From NCBI GenBank assembly GCA_964402035.1, contig CAYOAM010000003.1, positions 86,480 to 150,479 on the forward strand: DNA of 64,000 nt, in the 5' to 3' direction. Shown piece after piece: positions 47,525 to 57,476 of this stretch. Positions within the stretch are counted from its first letter, which is position 1. Each line of letters opens with the position of its first letter. The notes under the pieces were generated by a model that saw nothing but the letters and a program-made list of their open reading frames with translations, made no database searches and was not told the origin of the DNA. The DNA is from an uncultured Candidatus Saccharibacteria bacterium. Lineage in GTDB: Bacteria; Patescibacteriota; Minisyncoccia; Phycocordibacterales; UBA918. The position numbers and the translations under genes are program-made.

Positions 47525-48352
47525 TCAGGTGAGCTTCCGCGATGCTCTTGGTGATGCTAGACCAAGAGCAATGCAGAGCGCGATAAACCATTTACCCGGA
47601 TCAAAATCGAAGCGACCATGTCCAAGTTTCCAGCTTGTGTCATCGACGTGGTGATTAGCATGATAGGACTCACCAACAGTGAGGAGTCCCAGCATGGGAA
47701 TGTTCCTTGATGATCCACAACCATGCACTTCTTGCCCAAAAACATGACACACAGAGTTTACCACCCAGGTGAAATGATATTGAAATACAAGGCGCGCAGC
47801 AACAGCAACTAAGAAACCTCCGGCCCAGTCATGGAAAAAGAATCCACAAAAGACAACAGGGATAATAAGACCCATGAGTATCGAAAGTGGCCAGTGATAC
47901 TGATACTGCCACCTGAGATACCCGCGCTCATCTTTCCCAGATCGCATGTAGCGCACATCAGCAGGCGCAATTCCTTCTTTGGTACACATCCACCCCATGT
48001 GTGCCCAGAAAAAACCAAACAACGGACTATGCGGATCTGCCACGGTGTCTGTTGCTGCATGGTGTGCAACGTGCTTCCCCTTCCACCACTGCATTGGACC
48101 TTGCCCAACCGCCGAAAAAAAGAGGAGGAGAAAGTACTGAAGTGCTGGACTCGCTTTGTACGACACGTGCGAGTACAGACGATGCGCGCCGCATGAGATC
48201 GAAAGATGACAGAGAAAATAGAAGACGATCGCAAACACGATCGTTCCAGTTTCCGCTCCAACGATTGCATACACCGTCCCGATGATCCCAAGTATGTGCA
48301 CAAGCACAAACCAAGAGACCCAGCCGTAGTGTAGTTCGCGTGACGTACGCAT
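47525..48352 (-). CDS. Membrane fatty-acid desaturase (delta-9 acyl-CoA/acyl-lipid desaturase family)
   Basis: Three His boxes HRLYSH, HVAHHAATDTVADPHSP and HANHH, plus four TM helices. Confidence 0.75.
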   Translation of the reverse strand: MRTSRELHYGWVSWFVLVHILGIIGTVYAIVGAETGTIVFAIVFYFLCHLSISCGAHRLYSHVSYKASPALQYFLLLFFSAVGQGPMQWWKGKHVAHHAATDTVADPHSPLFGFFWAHMGWMCTKEGIAPADVRYMRSGKDERGYLRWQYQYHWPLSILMGLIIPVVFCGFFFHDWAGGFLVAVAARLVFQYHFTWVVNSVCHVFGQEVHGCGSSRNIPMLGLLTVGESYHANHHVDDTSWKLGHGRFDFDPGKWFIALCIALGLASPRASRKLT

Positions 48353-48475
48353 TGCATGGCCTCCTGTGCCAATGATTAAGAACGTCTCTCGCCATCATGA
48401 CATCACCTGCGATATTTGCAAGAGAAAGCAAAATGCTATACTGCACGCACACACTACTAATACACATATATATAT

Positions 48476-49066
48476 ATGCACACCTACGAAAAAAAAATAT
48501 TCGCACTACCAACCATGGAAGGAATTTCTGAGCGTCAAGTTGCGGCACATCTTGGTCTTTACGAAGGATATGTAAAACACGTCAATGTACTGCGCGAAGC
48601 GATCGCACACCTAGAAACCGATAAAGAAAAAAATGCGTACGCCATCATGGAAGTACGTCGTCGTCTTGGTTTTGAATTCAATGGCATGCGCATGCATGAA
48701 TTGTATTTCTCACAATTTGAAGGCGGGCCGGTAGCACACACAACGGGTAGTGTTTTTGAAAAAGCTGTATCAGAAAAATATGGATCATGGGACGGCTTCA
48801 TTGAGCATGTCACTGCCGTCGCACTTTCTCGCGGCATCGGCTGGTCTGTCCTCTACCATGATCCTGTGGGAAATACACCACACACTGCATGGGTCAGCGA
48901 TCATGAGGTGGGGCAACTCGGCAGTCTCCCCATCATCCTTGCGCTTGATATGTGGGAACACGCATTTATGGTTGACTACCTTCCAAGTGAAAAGAAAAAA
49001 TATGTTGAGGCTTTTTTCAAAAACCTCAACTGGAGTGTGATTGAAAAGAGATTTGAATCCATATAA
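48476..49066 (+). CDS. Fe/Mn superoxide dismutase
   Basis: C-terminal DMWEHAF(M/Y) motif and QLGSLPIILALDMWEHAFMVDY; N-terminal helical domain. Fe versus Mn is not assignable from sequence alone. Confidence 0.8.
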   Translation: MHTYEKKIFALPTMEGISERQVAAHLGLYEGYVKHVNVLREAIAHLETDKEKNAYAIMEVRRRLGFEFNGMRMHELYFSQFEGGPVAHTTGSVFEKAVSEKYGSWDGFIEHVTAVALSRGIGWSVLYHDPVGNTPHTAWVSDHEVGQLGSLPIILALDMWEHAFMVDYLPSEKKKYVEAFFKNLNWSVIEKRFESI

Positions 49067-49069
49067 AAA

Positions 49070-49102
49070 GATGACGCCGCGCATTGCGCGGCGTTTTAGT
49101 TT
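49070..49102 (+). terminator. Terminator after superoxide dismutase gene
   Basis: ACGCCGCGCA-TT-GCGCGGCGT followed by TTTAGTTT. Confidence 0.55.
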
Positions 49103-49218
49103 CCGAGATTCCAGCGTCCAGGTTCTGCATCTGCATCTGCCATGCAAGAAGTAACTGCACGTAAAGTTTCTCGTTTATCTTGTTTCTTTTTGCACCCGAA
49201 TCATCCTACATTAGTTTG

Positions 49219-50739
49219 TCAGACATTAGAAGTCTTATGCTGATCAACGTGTAGTTCTTCGCGCATGTACAGATATCGAATTCCCGCTGTTAGCAATATA
49301 TATGCTGCCACGACAAACCACATTGAAAAACGCTCCACGGAAATTGACGCATATGGAACGCGAGAACCCCATTCGGCTATAGCAAGAATATACGCAAGCA
49401 GGAGATATGCAGGATACGCGAAGAGGAGTGCGCTCATGCCAAAGACCATACCCGCTAACCCTATAAAAAATGTGACGAGCATCGTCAGCGGTACAAAAAG
49501 TAGTACAAACACATTTACAAAAAGTGCGACGAGAGAAACAGAACCAATTGCATAGAGCAAAAATGGGAGTACGAATATTTGTGTTGCAATAGTTGCTGTC
49601 ACATATTCGCGAACACCAAGCCGCGAGGGGACATATCCGAGTTTCCGTTCAACAATCGGTGCACAAAAAATAAGTCCCAGCGTTGCGAGAAACGAAAGTT
49701 GGAAGCCGGGATCAAACGCCAATACGTAGGGGTTCCACAACAGCATAATTCCCGCAGTGCACATAAGTGCGCGCAAGACGGCGTACGTTCTGCCAGTAGC
49801 GCGCGCCAAGAGTACGAGAAGTGCCATCACTGATGCACGTACCACCGTCGCGGAGAGACCCACGAGTAGGGCAAAAATAAAAATAGCGCATGCGCCAATA
49901 AAAAGTCGCACACGTATTCGTGGAATGAACGCAAGGAGTCGCATGATTGATTCTGCAACAATAGTGAGGTTGTATCCTGAAAGTACAATGATGTGGATAA
50001 TGCCAACGGTGCGGAACCACATTTCAACTTCTGGGCCAAGTGCACGTTTTTCTCCCAGCAACAACCCTGTCGCGAGTCCCGCATGTGGTTCAGGGAGTAA
50101 CAACTCAATACTTTCAATAAAACGATGCTTCAACACAAAGAGTGGGCGGAGTATGTAGGGCCCGCTTGTGTGCTCGATCATGGAAACGTGAGCAAACGAA
50201 ATAGTGTGTGTCACATCCTGCGCCCGTAAATATTCTTCATAATAAAATGTTCGGCCAAGATCTGTTTCAAAAGCAGACGGACGCTCGAGTCGTCCTTCAA
50301 CACGCACACGATCACCATACATGAGATCGTTTCGCAGATTCGCTTGTGCACGTACAACGGTGTCGATGCTCGTGCTTCCAACATGATCAACTGCTACATA
50401 GAGAGCAATCCCATTGTCTCGCTTCTCTACATCACGAACTACCACGCCCTCGATCGCAATAGTCGAAGACTCATAGGGTGCCACGGCGGAAACCGTACGC
50501 TCATATGCTTGCTCTACAAACGCAAAGCGACACACACCGACTATAAAAAAAAGTATTCCTGCACATGATGCTGCTGCAGCACGCATGGTGAGTAGTTGAC
50601 TAAAACAAAGAAGAGCAATGACGAGAGCGATCGTGGCACAGACCATACCCACCGTGACAACATCAAAAAAGAAAAACGAGCGGAATACTATTCCGCTCGC
50701 AAGTCCCACCACACCCCCATAGAGTAGTGCTCCTGACAT
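49219..50739 (-). CDS. comEC: ComEC/Rec2 competence membrane channel (DUF4131 + competence domain, no MBL domain)
   Basis: LATGLLLGEKRALGPEVEMWFRTVGIIHIIVLSGYNLTIV is the competence-domain signature; about 10 TM helices. Confidence 0.8.
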   Translation of the reverse strand: MSGALLYGGVVGLASGIVFRSFFFFDVVTVGMVCATIALVIALLCFSQLLTMRAAAASCAGILFFIVGVCRFAFVEQAYERTVSAVAPYESSTIAIEGVVVRDVEKRDNGIALYVAVDHVGSTSIDTVVRAQANLRNDLMYGDRVRVEGRLERPSAFETDLGRTFYYEEYLRAQDVTHTISFAHVSMIEHTSGPYILRPLFVLKHRFIESIELLLPEPHAGLATGLLLGEKRALGPEVEMWFRTVGIIHIIVLSGYNLTIVAESIMRLLAFIPRIRVRLFIGACAIFIFALLVGLSATVVRASVMALLVLLARATGRTYAVLRALMCTAGIMLLWNPYVLAFDPGFQLSFLATLGLIFCAPIVERKLGYVPSRLGVREYVTATIATQIFVLPFLLYAIGSVSLVALFVNVFVLLFVPLTMLVTFFIGLAGMVFGMSALLFAYPAYLLLAYILAIAEWGSRVPYASISVERFSMWFVVAAYILLTAGIRYLYMREELHVDQHKTSNV

Positions 50740-50747
50740 GAAGACAC

Positions 50748-51170
50748 TTACGATTTTCGATCCATCGCTTCATTTGCAAGTCGATCTGCATGCGTATTTT
50801 GTTCACGACGCACATGAGAAAACGTGAGATGTGGAAATGCTGCGACGCGCAGATTGTGAATCTCTATAAACTGAGGAACCAGTGATGGTTCTTTGATCTG
50901 GTACACGCTAGAGAGTTGTCGTTGGACCAGCTCACTGTCCATTTTCACTTCTACTGCCATGTGCTTGGTGTCTTTGCCAAAACGTCGTTTAAGTTCCGTG
51001 AGCACAAGAATGACCGCAGCATACTCAGCAAAATTATTTGTCGCATTTCCCAAAAACTGTGAACCTTCAAAAATAACTTTGTCATGACTATCAAAGGCAA
51101 CACAACCTGCTCCTGCAGGTCCTGGGTTGCCACGAGCTCCTCCATCGGTGTAACACACGACTTTCTTCAT
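50748..51170 (-). CDS. rnhA: Ribonuclease HI
   Basis: MKKVVCYTDGGARGNPGPAGAG...NNFAEYAAVILVL...HADRLANEA contains the DEDD catalytic residues. Start at internal Met. Confidence 0.85.
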   Translation of the reverse strand: MKKVVCYTDGGARGNPGPAGAGCVAFDSHDKVIFEGSQFLGNATNNFAEYAAVILVLTELKRRFGKDTKHMAVEVKMDSELVQRQLSSVYQIKEPSLVPQFIEIHNLRVAAFPHLTFSHVRREQNTHADRLANEAMDRKS

Positions 51171-51217
51171 GAGGGCATTATATACCTCAAAAGACACATC
51201 CGTCCAAGCACCCTCTT

Positions 51218-52957
51218 CTACCCTTGAGCAGGTGAAACCTCAACAAGACGTAGTCGTACCTCACGTCGACCACCAAAAAAACTCTCCTCAACATGCGCAA
51301 TTACGTCTACAAACTCATCCGCCACCAGTGGCGCTTTATACGCATCGGCTTGCTTAAAAAAACCTATAGCAGTAATACTCCGTATGCCTTGTTTAAATAT
51401 CACCTTTACGTGCCCTTTTTCTTTTCCAAACATTGTTACTTGATATGGCTTAACATTTCTAAACAGAAATAGTGGTTTGTGATTTCCAACACCAAACGGT
51501 GCAAAGCGTGCGAGAGTACGCGCAAGAGCATCGCCAACGTGATCCAACGTGAGCTCCGCATCAACGACTATTGGTTTCGTCGCACGTGCTGCCTGTGTTT
51601 CGTCGCCCACCAAAGTTGCGTGCGCTTGAAGTAGTGCATTACTCAGTGTGTGTATACGATCTTCATGCACAGAAAATCCACCAGACATGTGATGTCCACC
51701 GTATTCCAAAAACGACTCTCGCGCCTCATGCATGAGATCGACAACACTCACACCACCACCCGAGCGACACGAACCTTTCAAAATATTTCGTCCATCGCGA
51801 CCCCAGATAAAAACGGGTCGAGCAAATGACTCCGCAAGTGTGTTTGCGGCGAGACCAACAAGTGCGGGACGCCACGAAGGATCACCGACAACTAACACTG
51901 ATCCTATCTGCTCAAGTTCCGCTACTTTTTTATTAATTTCTTTTACCATCGAACCAACGACTCCTTTGCGTTCATTATTGATATGATCAAGATGCTGTGC
52001 AAACATTCCAGCTTCGCCCGGAGTAGCTGCTGTCAACAGTTTAAACGCATCTTCGGGTGAATCCATTCGTGATGCTGCATTGATGCGAGGCGCAATCATA
52101 AAACCAACATCATCTTCGGTTATCGATGAGGCCTGCATCTTCATGGTACGAAATAAATGTTGCAAACCGAGCCTGCGATTTTTTTTCATCACAAGCAATC
52201 CATAATGTGCAAACAATCGGTTCTCGTCAGTGAGTGGCACCATATCAGCAATCGTTGCGATACCGACCATATCAAGTAGCCATTTTTCTTGACCTTGTGT
52301 TAGTGAGAAATTCCCACGTGCAATCAGAGCCAAAACAAGTTTGTATGCAACACCTGACCCACAGAGACCTGAAAATGGGTAAGCGCTATCTACACGCTTA
52401 GGATTTATGACAGCAATCGCAGGCGGCAACAAGGGCCCTGGTTCATGATGATCAGTCACAATAGCATCAATACCAATTTTTTGAGCATGCATCACTTGAT
52501 CCACATCAGTAATACCACAATCGACAGTAATCATCAGAGTCACCCCATCACGCTGCAAACTATCAATTGCCACTGTATTGAGACCATACCCTTCATGGTG
52601 GCGGTGTGGAATATAATTTTGAACATGCGGATACGCAATAAGCTTAAAAAAATCGTGAAGCAAAACCCCACCAGGAATACCATCACAATCATAATCACTA
52701 TAAATCGCTATCTTCTCACCTTGTGCAATAGCACCCAAAATACGCATTACAGCTACTTCCATATCAGGAAGTAGAAATGGGTCATGGAGACCGCACTCAT
52801 ACGATCGATCAAAAAAAATCTGTGCATCCTTGGCAGTCACAATGCCGCGACCGAACAGCAGTGTCTGTGTCAATGAATCAAAGTCAACGAGTGCATCACG
52901 CAGGATTGGCGATGGCTCTTCACGCAATTGATAATGGGCAGACGACATGATTCGCAC
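51218..52957 (-). CDS. recJ: Single-stranded-DNA-specific exonuclease RecJ
   Basis: DHH motifs IYSDYDCDGI, ITVDCG and VTDHHEPG; DHHA1 domain GGGH; C-terminal OB region. Confidence 0.85.
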   Translation of the reverse strand: MRIMSSAHYQLREEPSPILRDALVDFDSLTQTLLFGRGIVTAKDAQIFFDRSYECGLHDPFLLPDMEVAVMRILGAIAQGEKIAIYSDYDCDGIPGGVLLHDFFKLIAYPHVQNYIPHRHHEGYGLNTVAIDSLQRDGVTLMITVDCGITDVDQVMHAQKIGIDAIVTDHHEPGPLLPPAIAVINPKRVDSAYPFSGLCGSGVAYKLVLALIARGNFSLTQGQEKWLLDMVGIATIADMVPLTDENRLFAHYGLLVMKKNRRLGLQHLFRTMKMQASSITEDDVGFMIAPRINAASRMDSPEDAFKLLTAATPGEAGMFAQHLDHINNERKGVVGSMVKEINKKVAELEQIGSVLVVGDPSWRPALVGLAANTLAESFARPVFIWGRDGRNILKGSCRSGGGVSVVDLMHEARESFLEYGGHHMSGGFSVHEDRIHTLSNALLQAHATLVGDETQAARATKPIVVDAELTLDHVGDALARTLARFAPFGVGNHKPLFLFRNVKPYQVTMFGKEKGHVKVIFKQGIRSITAIGFFKQADAYKAPLVADEFVDVIAHVEESFFGGRREVRLRLVEVSPAQG

Positions 52958-52983
52958 ATGGTACCATAGTAAGAAATATACGT

Positions 52984-53394
52984 ATGGACGACCTTTTTTT
53001 AAAAATTATCAGTGGCGACATACCGAGCGCTAAAGTCTACGAGGACGCGCAGGTCGTCGCTTTTTTAGACATCCGTCCCTGCAACAAAGGACACACACTG
53101 GTCATACCACGTACACACTATCGCAATATTTTTGATATGGACAAGGAAGCGTTTGGCACACTCGCAGCCGCGACGCACACGGTTGCTCTTGCGGTACAAA
53201 AAGCTACCGATGCCGATGGTATCAATATTGTCATCAACAATGAGAAAGCAGCGGGCCAAGAAATATTTCACGCGCACTTCCATATAATTCCACGCTTTAA
53301 CGACGATGGTGTGTTTGCGCCGCCTGCACACACGACCTATGCGCCCGGTGAAATAGAAACAATGGCAGAGAAAATAAAAGCAATGCTCTCGTAA
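52984..53394 (+). CDS. HIT-family (histidine triad) nucleotide hydrolase
   Basis: HAHFHIIPR histidine triad. Confidence 0.8.
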   Translation: MDDLFLKIISGDIPSAKVYEDAQVVAFLDIRPCNKGHTLVIPRTHYRNIFDMDKEAFGTLAAATHTVALAVQKATDADGINIVINNEKAAGQEIFHAHFHIIPRFNDDGVFAPPAHTTYAPGEIETMAEKIKAMLS

Positions 53395-53437
53395 CCCCTA
53401 GCGGGCGCCCCCGGGCGAAACACCCTCATATCTTAGA

Positions 53438-54604
53438 CTAGCTCGTCTGCGCAGTACGTAGTGCTTCAATGCCAGGCAGCGTTCCTTTTTCTAGAAACGT
53501 AAGCATTGCTCCTCCAGCCGTTGAGACAAATGTAAACCGGTCAGTCAATGCGCTATCTTGGATTGACGCGACCGTATCTCCGCCACCAACAATCGAAATA
53601 CCTGGAGCATGTGCGACAGCTTGCGCAAACTGTTTAGTGCCCGCATCAAAGCCACGCTCATAATCACCCAAAGGACCATTCCATAATAGTGTCTCAACAA
53701 AACGCAGCTCTTCGGTCAGCATCGCTATGGTTTCCGGTCCAGCGTCCAAGATCGCATCATCGTGAGCAACTTCAGAAAGCTTACGCATCATAGGTCCTCC
53801 CGGCGTTAGTACCGCAACATCAATAGGCAACAAGAGTTTTGGATGCTGATACAGCGATGTTGTCTTGATATCAATGTCTGAGATTAACGATTTTCCGATA
53901 GATAAACCGTTTGCGACAAAAAAATTGTTCGCGAGCGCCCCACCAACAAAAACACGATCATACCGCTCGATCAAAAGCTCCACTAAGGGGAGTTTTGTCT
54001 CAAATTTTGCTCCCCCAAGTACAAAGAGCGAAGGTGATTTTGGTGTACGCGCCAATGACAAATGCTCCAATTCGTCCATAAAAAGCAGGCCCGCGTACGA
54101 CGGCAAAAATTTTGGTATTCCCACAATTGATGCATGCTCACGATGCGCGACAGAAAAAGCATCATTAACATATATATCGCCGTACGAAGCAAGCGTTTGT
54201 GCAAACGCAGGATCATTGTCTTTTTCACCCGGGTGCAACCGCAGATTCTCGAGCAGCAACAACTCCCCTTCTTTGAGCGACGCAATCTTTGCATCAACCT
54301 CGGGACCAACTGATGTTCCTACCCACGCGACAGGTATATAGGTATTCAAGACTTCGCATACCCCCTTCAGAGAATCGTCCGAAGACCCATCTGCCCGTGA
54401 ACTATGAGCGATAATAACGACTTTTGCTCCTGCAGCCCGTAACAGCTGCAATGTCGGTAAGGCTTTTTTTATACGAAACGTGTGTGTGACTGCGCCCTCT
54501 GCAGAAAGTGGCACATCAAGTCCTGCACGGACGAGCACACGCTTGCCGCGCAAATCTGTTCGTTCACTTATTTTATGAAGCAATGGTATGAAATCAACGT
54601 TCAT
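53438..54604 (-). CDS. pgk: Phosphoglycerate kinase
   Basis: VRAGLDVP and GGGDT motifs, full-length PGK conservation. Confidence 0.9.
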   Translation of the reverse strand: MNVDFIPLLHKISERTDLRGKRVLVRAGLDVPLSAEGAVTHTFRIKKALPTLQLLRAAGAKVVIIAHSSRADGSSDDSLKGVCEVLNTYIPVAWVGTSVGPEVDAKIASLKEGELLLLENLRLHPGEKDNDPAFAQTLASYGDIYVNDAFSVAHREHASIVGIPKFLPSYAGLLFMDELEHLSLARTPKSPSLFVLGGAKFETKLPLVELLIERYDRVFVGGALANNFFVANGLSIGKSLISDIDIKTTSLYQHPKLLLPIDVAVLTPGGPMMRKLSEVAHDDAILDAGPETIAMLTEELRFVETLLWNGPLGDYERGFDAGTKQFAQAVAHAPGISIVGGGDTVASIQDSALTDRFTFVSTAGGAMLTFLEKGTLPGIEALRTAQTS

Positions 54605-55373
54605 AGGTTGTCGTAATAATAGTACTAAAATCTAAAGGACGTAAGCTGGCACCTCCTACGAGAAAACCTTGACTGCCGCCTCCCGCTACGAGCGCTGCCA
54701 CATTCTTTTGATCAACTGACCCACCATAGAGAATGCGCACACGCTCTGCAGCACCTCGACCATAGAGATCCGTCAAAATCTTCCGGATAAAGAGCACCAT
54801 CTCATGTGCATCGTCGGGTGTTGCGGCTCGCGCAGTCGCGCTCGCTGTACTAATCGCCCACACCGGTTCATACGCAACTACCAGATGTGCGAGTTTAGTT
54901 GCGACTACGCCGCGCAGCGCAGCGCGCAGTTGCTCTTCGACAACACCAAAATATTTCCCTGAGGTGTCACGTTCGCGCTCTCCCACACAGACGACTGCAG
55001 TAAGTCCTGCTTTTAGGACAAGCGCCGTCTTTTTTTCAATTTCAAGATCTGTCTCTCCACGTGCACGACGTTCTGAATGCCCAATAATGACATGGGAAAC
55101 TCCAAAGCCCTGCAACATACCGACAGACACTTCCCCCGTCAATGCTCCCATAACTTCACTTGAAACATTTTGTGCTCCGAGCAATAGCGGACTTTTTCCT
55201 ATGTTTTTTTGCAAATCGGCCAGGTACACAAACGGTGGAGCAATAACAACCTCAGTTTCAGACACCTTTTTTAGATGCTTCTTAATCGCCAAAAAAAGCA
55301 CCTTCGCTTCTCCTAAAGCACGAGGATTCATTTTCCAATTGGCAATGATGAGCATTCCTCGATGTGTGCGCAT
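54594..55373 (-). CDS. tpiA: Triosephosphate isomerase
   Basis: IANWKMN, AYEPVWAIST and IGHSERR motifs; 11-nt overlap with pgk. Confidence 0.9.
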   Translation of the reverse strand: MRTHRGMLIIANWKMNPRALGEAKVLFLAIKKHLKKVSETEVVIAPPFVYLADLQKNIGKSPLLLGAQNVSSEVMGALTGEVSVGMLQGFGVSHVIIGHSERRARGETDLEIEKKTALVLKAGLTAVVCVGERERDTSGKYFGVVEEQLRAALRGVVATKLAHLVVAYEPVWAISTASATARAATPDDAHEMVLFIRKILTDLYGRGAAERVRILYGGSVDQKNVAALVAGGGSQGFLVGGASLRPLDFSTIITTTYER

Positions 55374-55433
55374 AGATAGTGTATCGGTATCGCAATTGTA
55401 CCATAGAGCAGACCTCGTAACTGCAAAGCAAAG

Positions 55434-56852
55434 CTAGTTCATCTCGCGCCACTCGATAAAGCGGTAGGTATCCGACGTATACGGTGTTAGAGGTGGCGGA
55501 CTCGACACCAGTGAACGATCATACGAATTGAAACGTGTAGTATATCCTGATGTCTGAACACCACCCGATACCCACTTTGTACCCTCACGTCCATTGCTGA
55601 CTATCGTACCCTGCACAGTGAGTGAGTTTCTAAATACGTATGGGTCAAGTGAATTGGGGCTCGTATTTGCAGCGGTGTAGTGGTTTCGTCCAAATCTACC
55701 GTTTTGTGCGATAAAAATACCTTTGATTGTCATATTATTCGGTGAATCAAGACCAATGAGTATAGAGTCCTCCGCGATCGCCAATATGCCCACAGACCCG
55801 TCGTTTGTGGTGTAGGTGATGTTATCGGGAATAATGATGCTTGGGTTCACACCAACAGTAATGACATTTGCGGCGGCGACCGTCACTTTTTTACTAATTA
55901 CCCCCTCAAGCCATACCTTATCTTCAACATACACGAGACTGCAACTTGGTGGTATGGGGTAGTTAGCAACAAATACTTCAGTGCGTATGACGTGTCTCTC
56001 AAATTGCCATCCTGCTTCAGTTGTATATCCTTGAAAATTTTCGGTATTGGTCACGCGATACACATCAAATGTGTCATTGTTCTTGAAAATAAGGTGATAC
56101 CCGTAGTTACCTGATGGGGCGATGTATCGACCGCCTGCAGAAACGGCTTTGGTTTTCATGTTCGTAAGATCAACCGATAAGCCCGCAAAACTAATAGGTG
56201 GCGATGGAAAACTCCAGAGCGCACTGTTAGGCCCCGCACCGAAAACACCATCCTCGGTGGAGTTTGGAGAGCAGCCAAATGTTGCCGTACATAGCCAATC
56301 CTCTAGGCCACTTGAAACACTTGAATTATTGGTACCATCCATACGTATACCTCCATTTGAATGATACGGACCAATAATGGTGCGATCAGCACCAGCCCAC
56401 ACATTTGAATTGATAATGTATGAGAACTCCGTCACCGTTGGGCGCGCGTATTTACCATAGACAGTACGCGGTACCGATGGGGCACTTGTCGAGACACCCG
56501 TTGAGAGAATGTCGATCGATGCAATGTCACCGCACACATTATTGCCGGTAATGTCAAGCGAGTATGTACCAATGAGACCCCCTTCTGGATCAAAATAATT
56601 GTGCACATAGGGTCCCGTTGTTGCTGTACCATTCGTCACATCATTGGGATAATGCGAAAGATACCATTTATAATAATCGAGACCAGCTTCAGCGACCGCT
56701 AGCGCTCGCTCTTTTTCAACTTTTGTATTTTCTGAACGATGTTCTGTAATAATAAATCCTAACAACGCACTCACCATGACAAAAAACACTGAGCCAAATA
56801 CCAACACGATAACAATCAGATAGCCACGTGAATATAATGATGTTGGATGCAT
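55434..56852 (-). CDS. Large pilus-associated protein with PilX-like N-terminus (minor pilin / tip protein candidate)
   Basis: SRGYLIVIVLVFGSVFFVMVSALLGFI N-terminal hydrophobic segment, then a 430-aa Gly/Asn/Thr-rich domain. Last gene of the pilB2-pilC2 cluster. Confidence 0.45.
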   Translation of the reverse strand: MHPTSLYSRGYLIVIVLVFGSVFFVMVSALLGFIITEHRSENTKVEKERALAVAEAGLDYYKWYLSHYPNDVTNGTATTGPYVHNYFDPEGGLIGTYSLDITGNNVCGDIASIDILSTGVSTSAPSVPRTVYGKYARPTVTEFSYIINSNVWAGADRTIIGPYHSNGGIRMDGTNNSSVSSGLEDWLCTATFGCSPNSTEDGVFGAGPNSALWSFPSPPISFAGLSVDLTNMKTKAVSAGGRYIAPSGNYGYHLIFKNNDTFDVYRVTNTENFQGYTTEAGWQFERHVIRTEVFVANYPIPPSCSLVYVEDKVWLEGVISKKVTVAAANVITVGVNPSIIIPDNITYTTNDGSVGILAIAEDSILIGLDSPNNMTIKGIFIAQNGRFGRNHYTAANTSPNSLDPYVFRNSLTVQGTIVSNGREGTKWVSGGVQTSGYTTRFNSYDRSLVSSPPPLTPYTSDTYRFIEWREMN

Positions 56853-56855
56853 ATA

Positions 56856-57476
56856 TTAAAATCTAGTTTTTAGATTGCGAGGTGCAGCGCTCGAGTTTAT
56901 TTTAAATTCACCAGGCGTCTGAATAGGGTTCACATTCACAATCATATTCACTTCAATATACCGTATATCGGTGATACTCGTCGTTGCAACTGCAGCACTC
57001 CCATTCTCAAGAAAATATAAAAACGTCGATGTGGCCTGTTCACCATTGCGAATATACTCCGAAATAGTGATGTGTTCATCAGGTGTCGTTGAACTATAAC
57101 CCACCGGTGTTCCTGTCGCATTATAAATATCCTTGTACAACGTGGTTGTGGCGAGATAGTAGCGAACATACTCGACGCTATTATCTCGATCAATATCACT
57201 ATAAAACGCAATCGTGCTGGTACCCATGAGAACCAACGGATACGTACCATCATCCCCGTAGGTCATTTCACGAAGATCGCGCGTAATCAGTGCCATACCC
57301 CGTCGTCCATTACTCACTTCATAGGTCTGCGCTATTGTGTATGCATTGGTTTTATATAAATAGTTAATCGAGGAAAAAATTGCAAGTATCGTGATCGTAA
57401 AGAGAGAGACGGTGACGACCACCTCAACAAGAGTGAAGCCGGTACGATGACTACGGTGTAAAAGAAACGTGCTCAT
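56856..57476 (-). CDS. Minor pilin / pseudopilin
   Basis: HRSHRTG/FTLVEVVVTVSLFTITILAIF prepilin motif; 206 aa. Confidence 0.7.
   Translation of the reverse strand: MSTFLLHRSHRTGFTLVEVVVTVSLFTITILAIFSSINYLYKTNAYTIAQTYEVSNGRRGMALITRDLREMTYGDDGTYPLVLMGTSTIAFYSDIDRDNSVEYVRYYLATTTLYKDIYNATGTPVGYSSTTPDEHITISEYIRNGEQATSTFLYFLENGSAAVATTSITDIRYIEVNMIVNVNPIQTPGEFKINSSAAPRNLKTRF

Noticed and set aside
47809-48372. 187-aa minus-strand ORF
   Set aside because: Alternative frame inside the desaturase gene. The desaturase frame has the three canonical His boxes.
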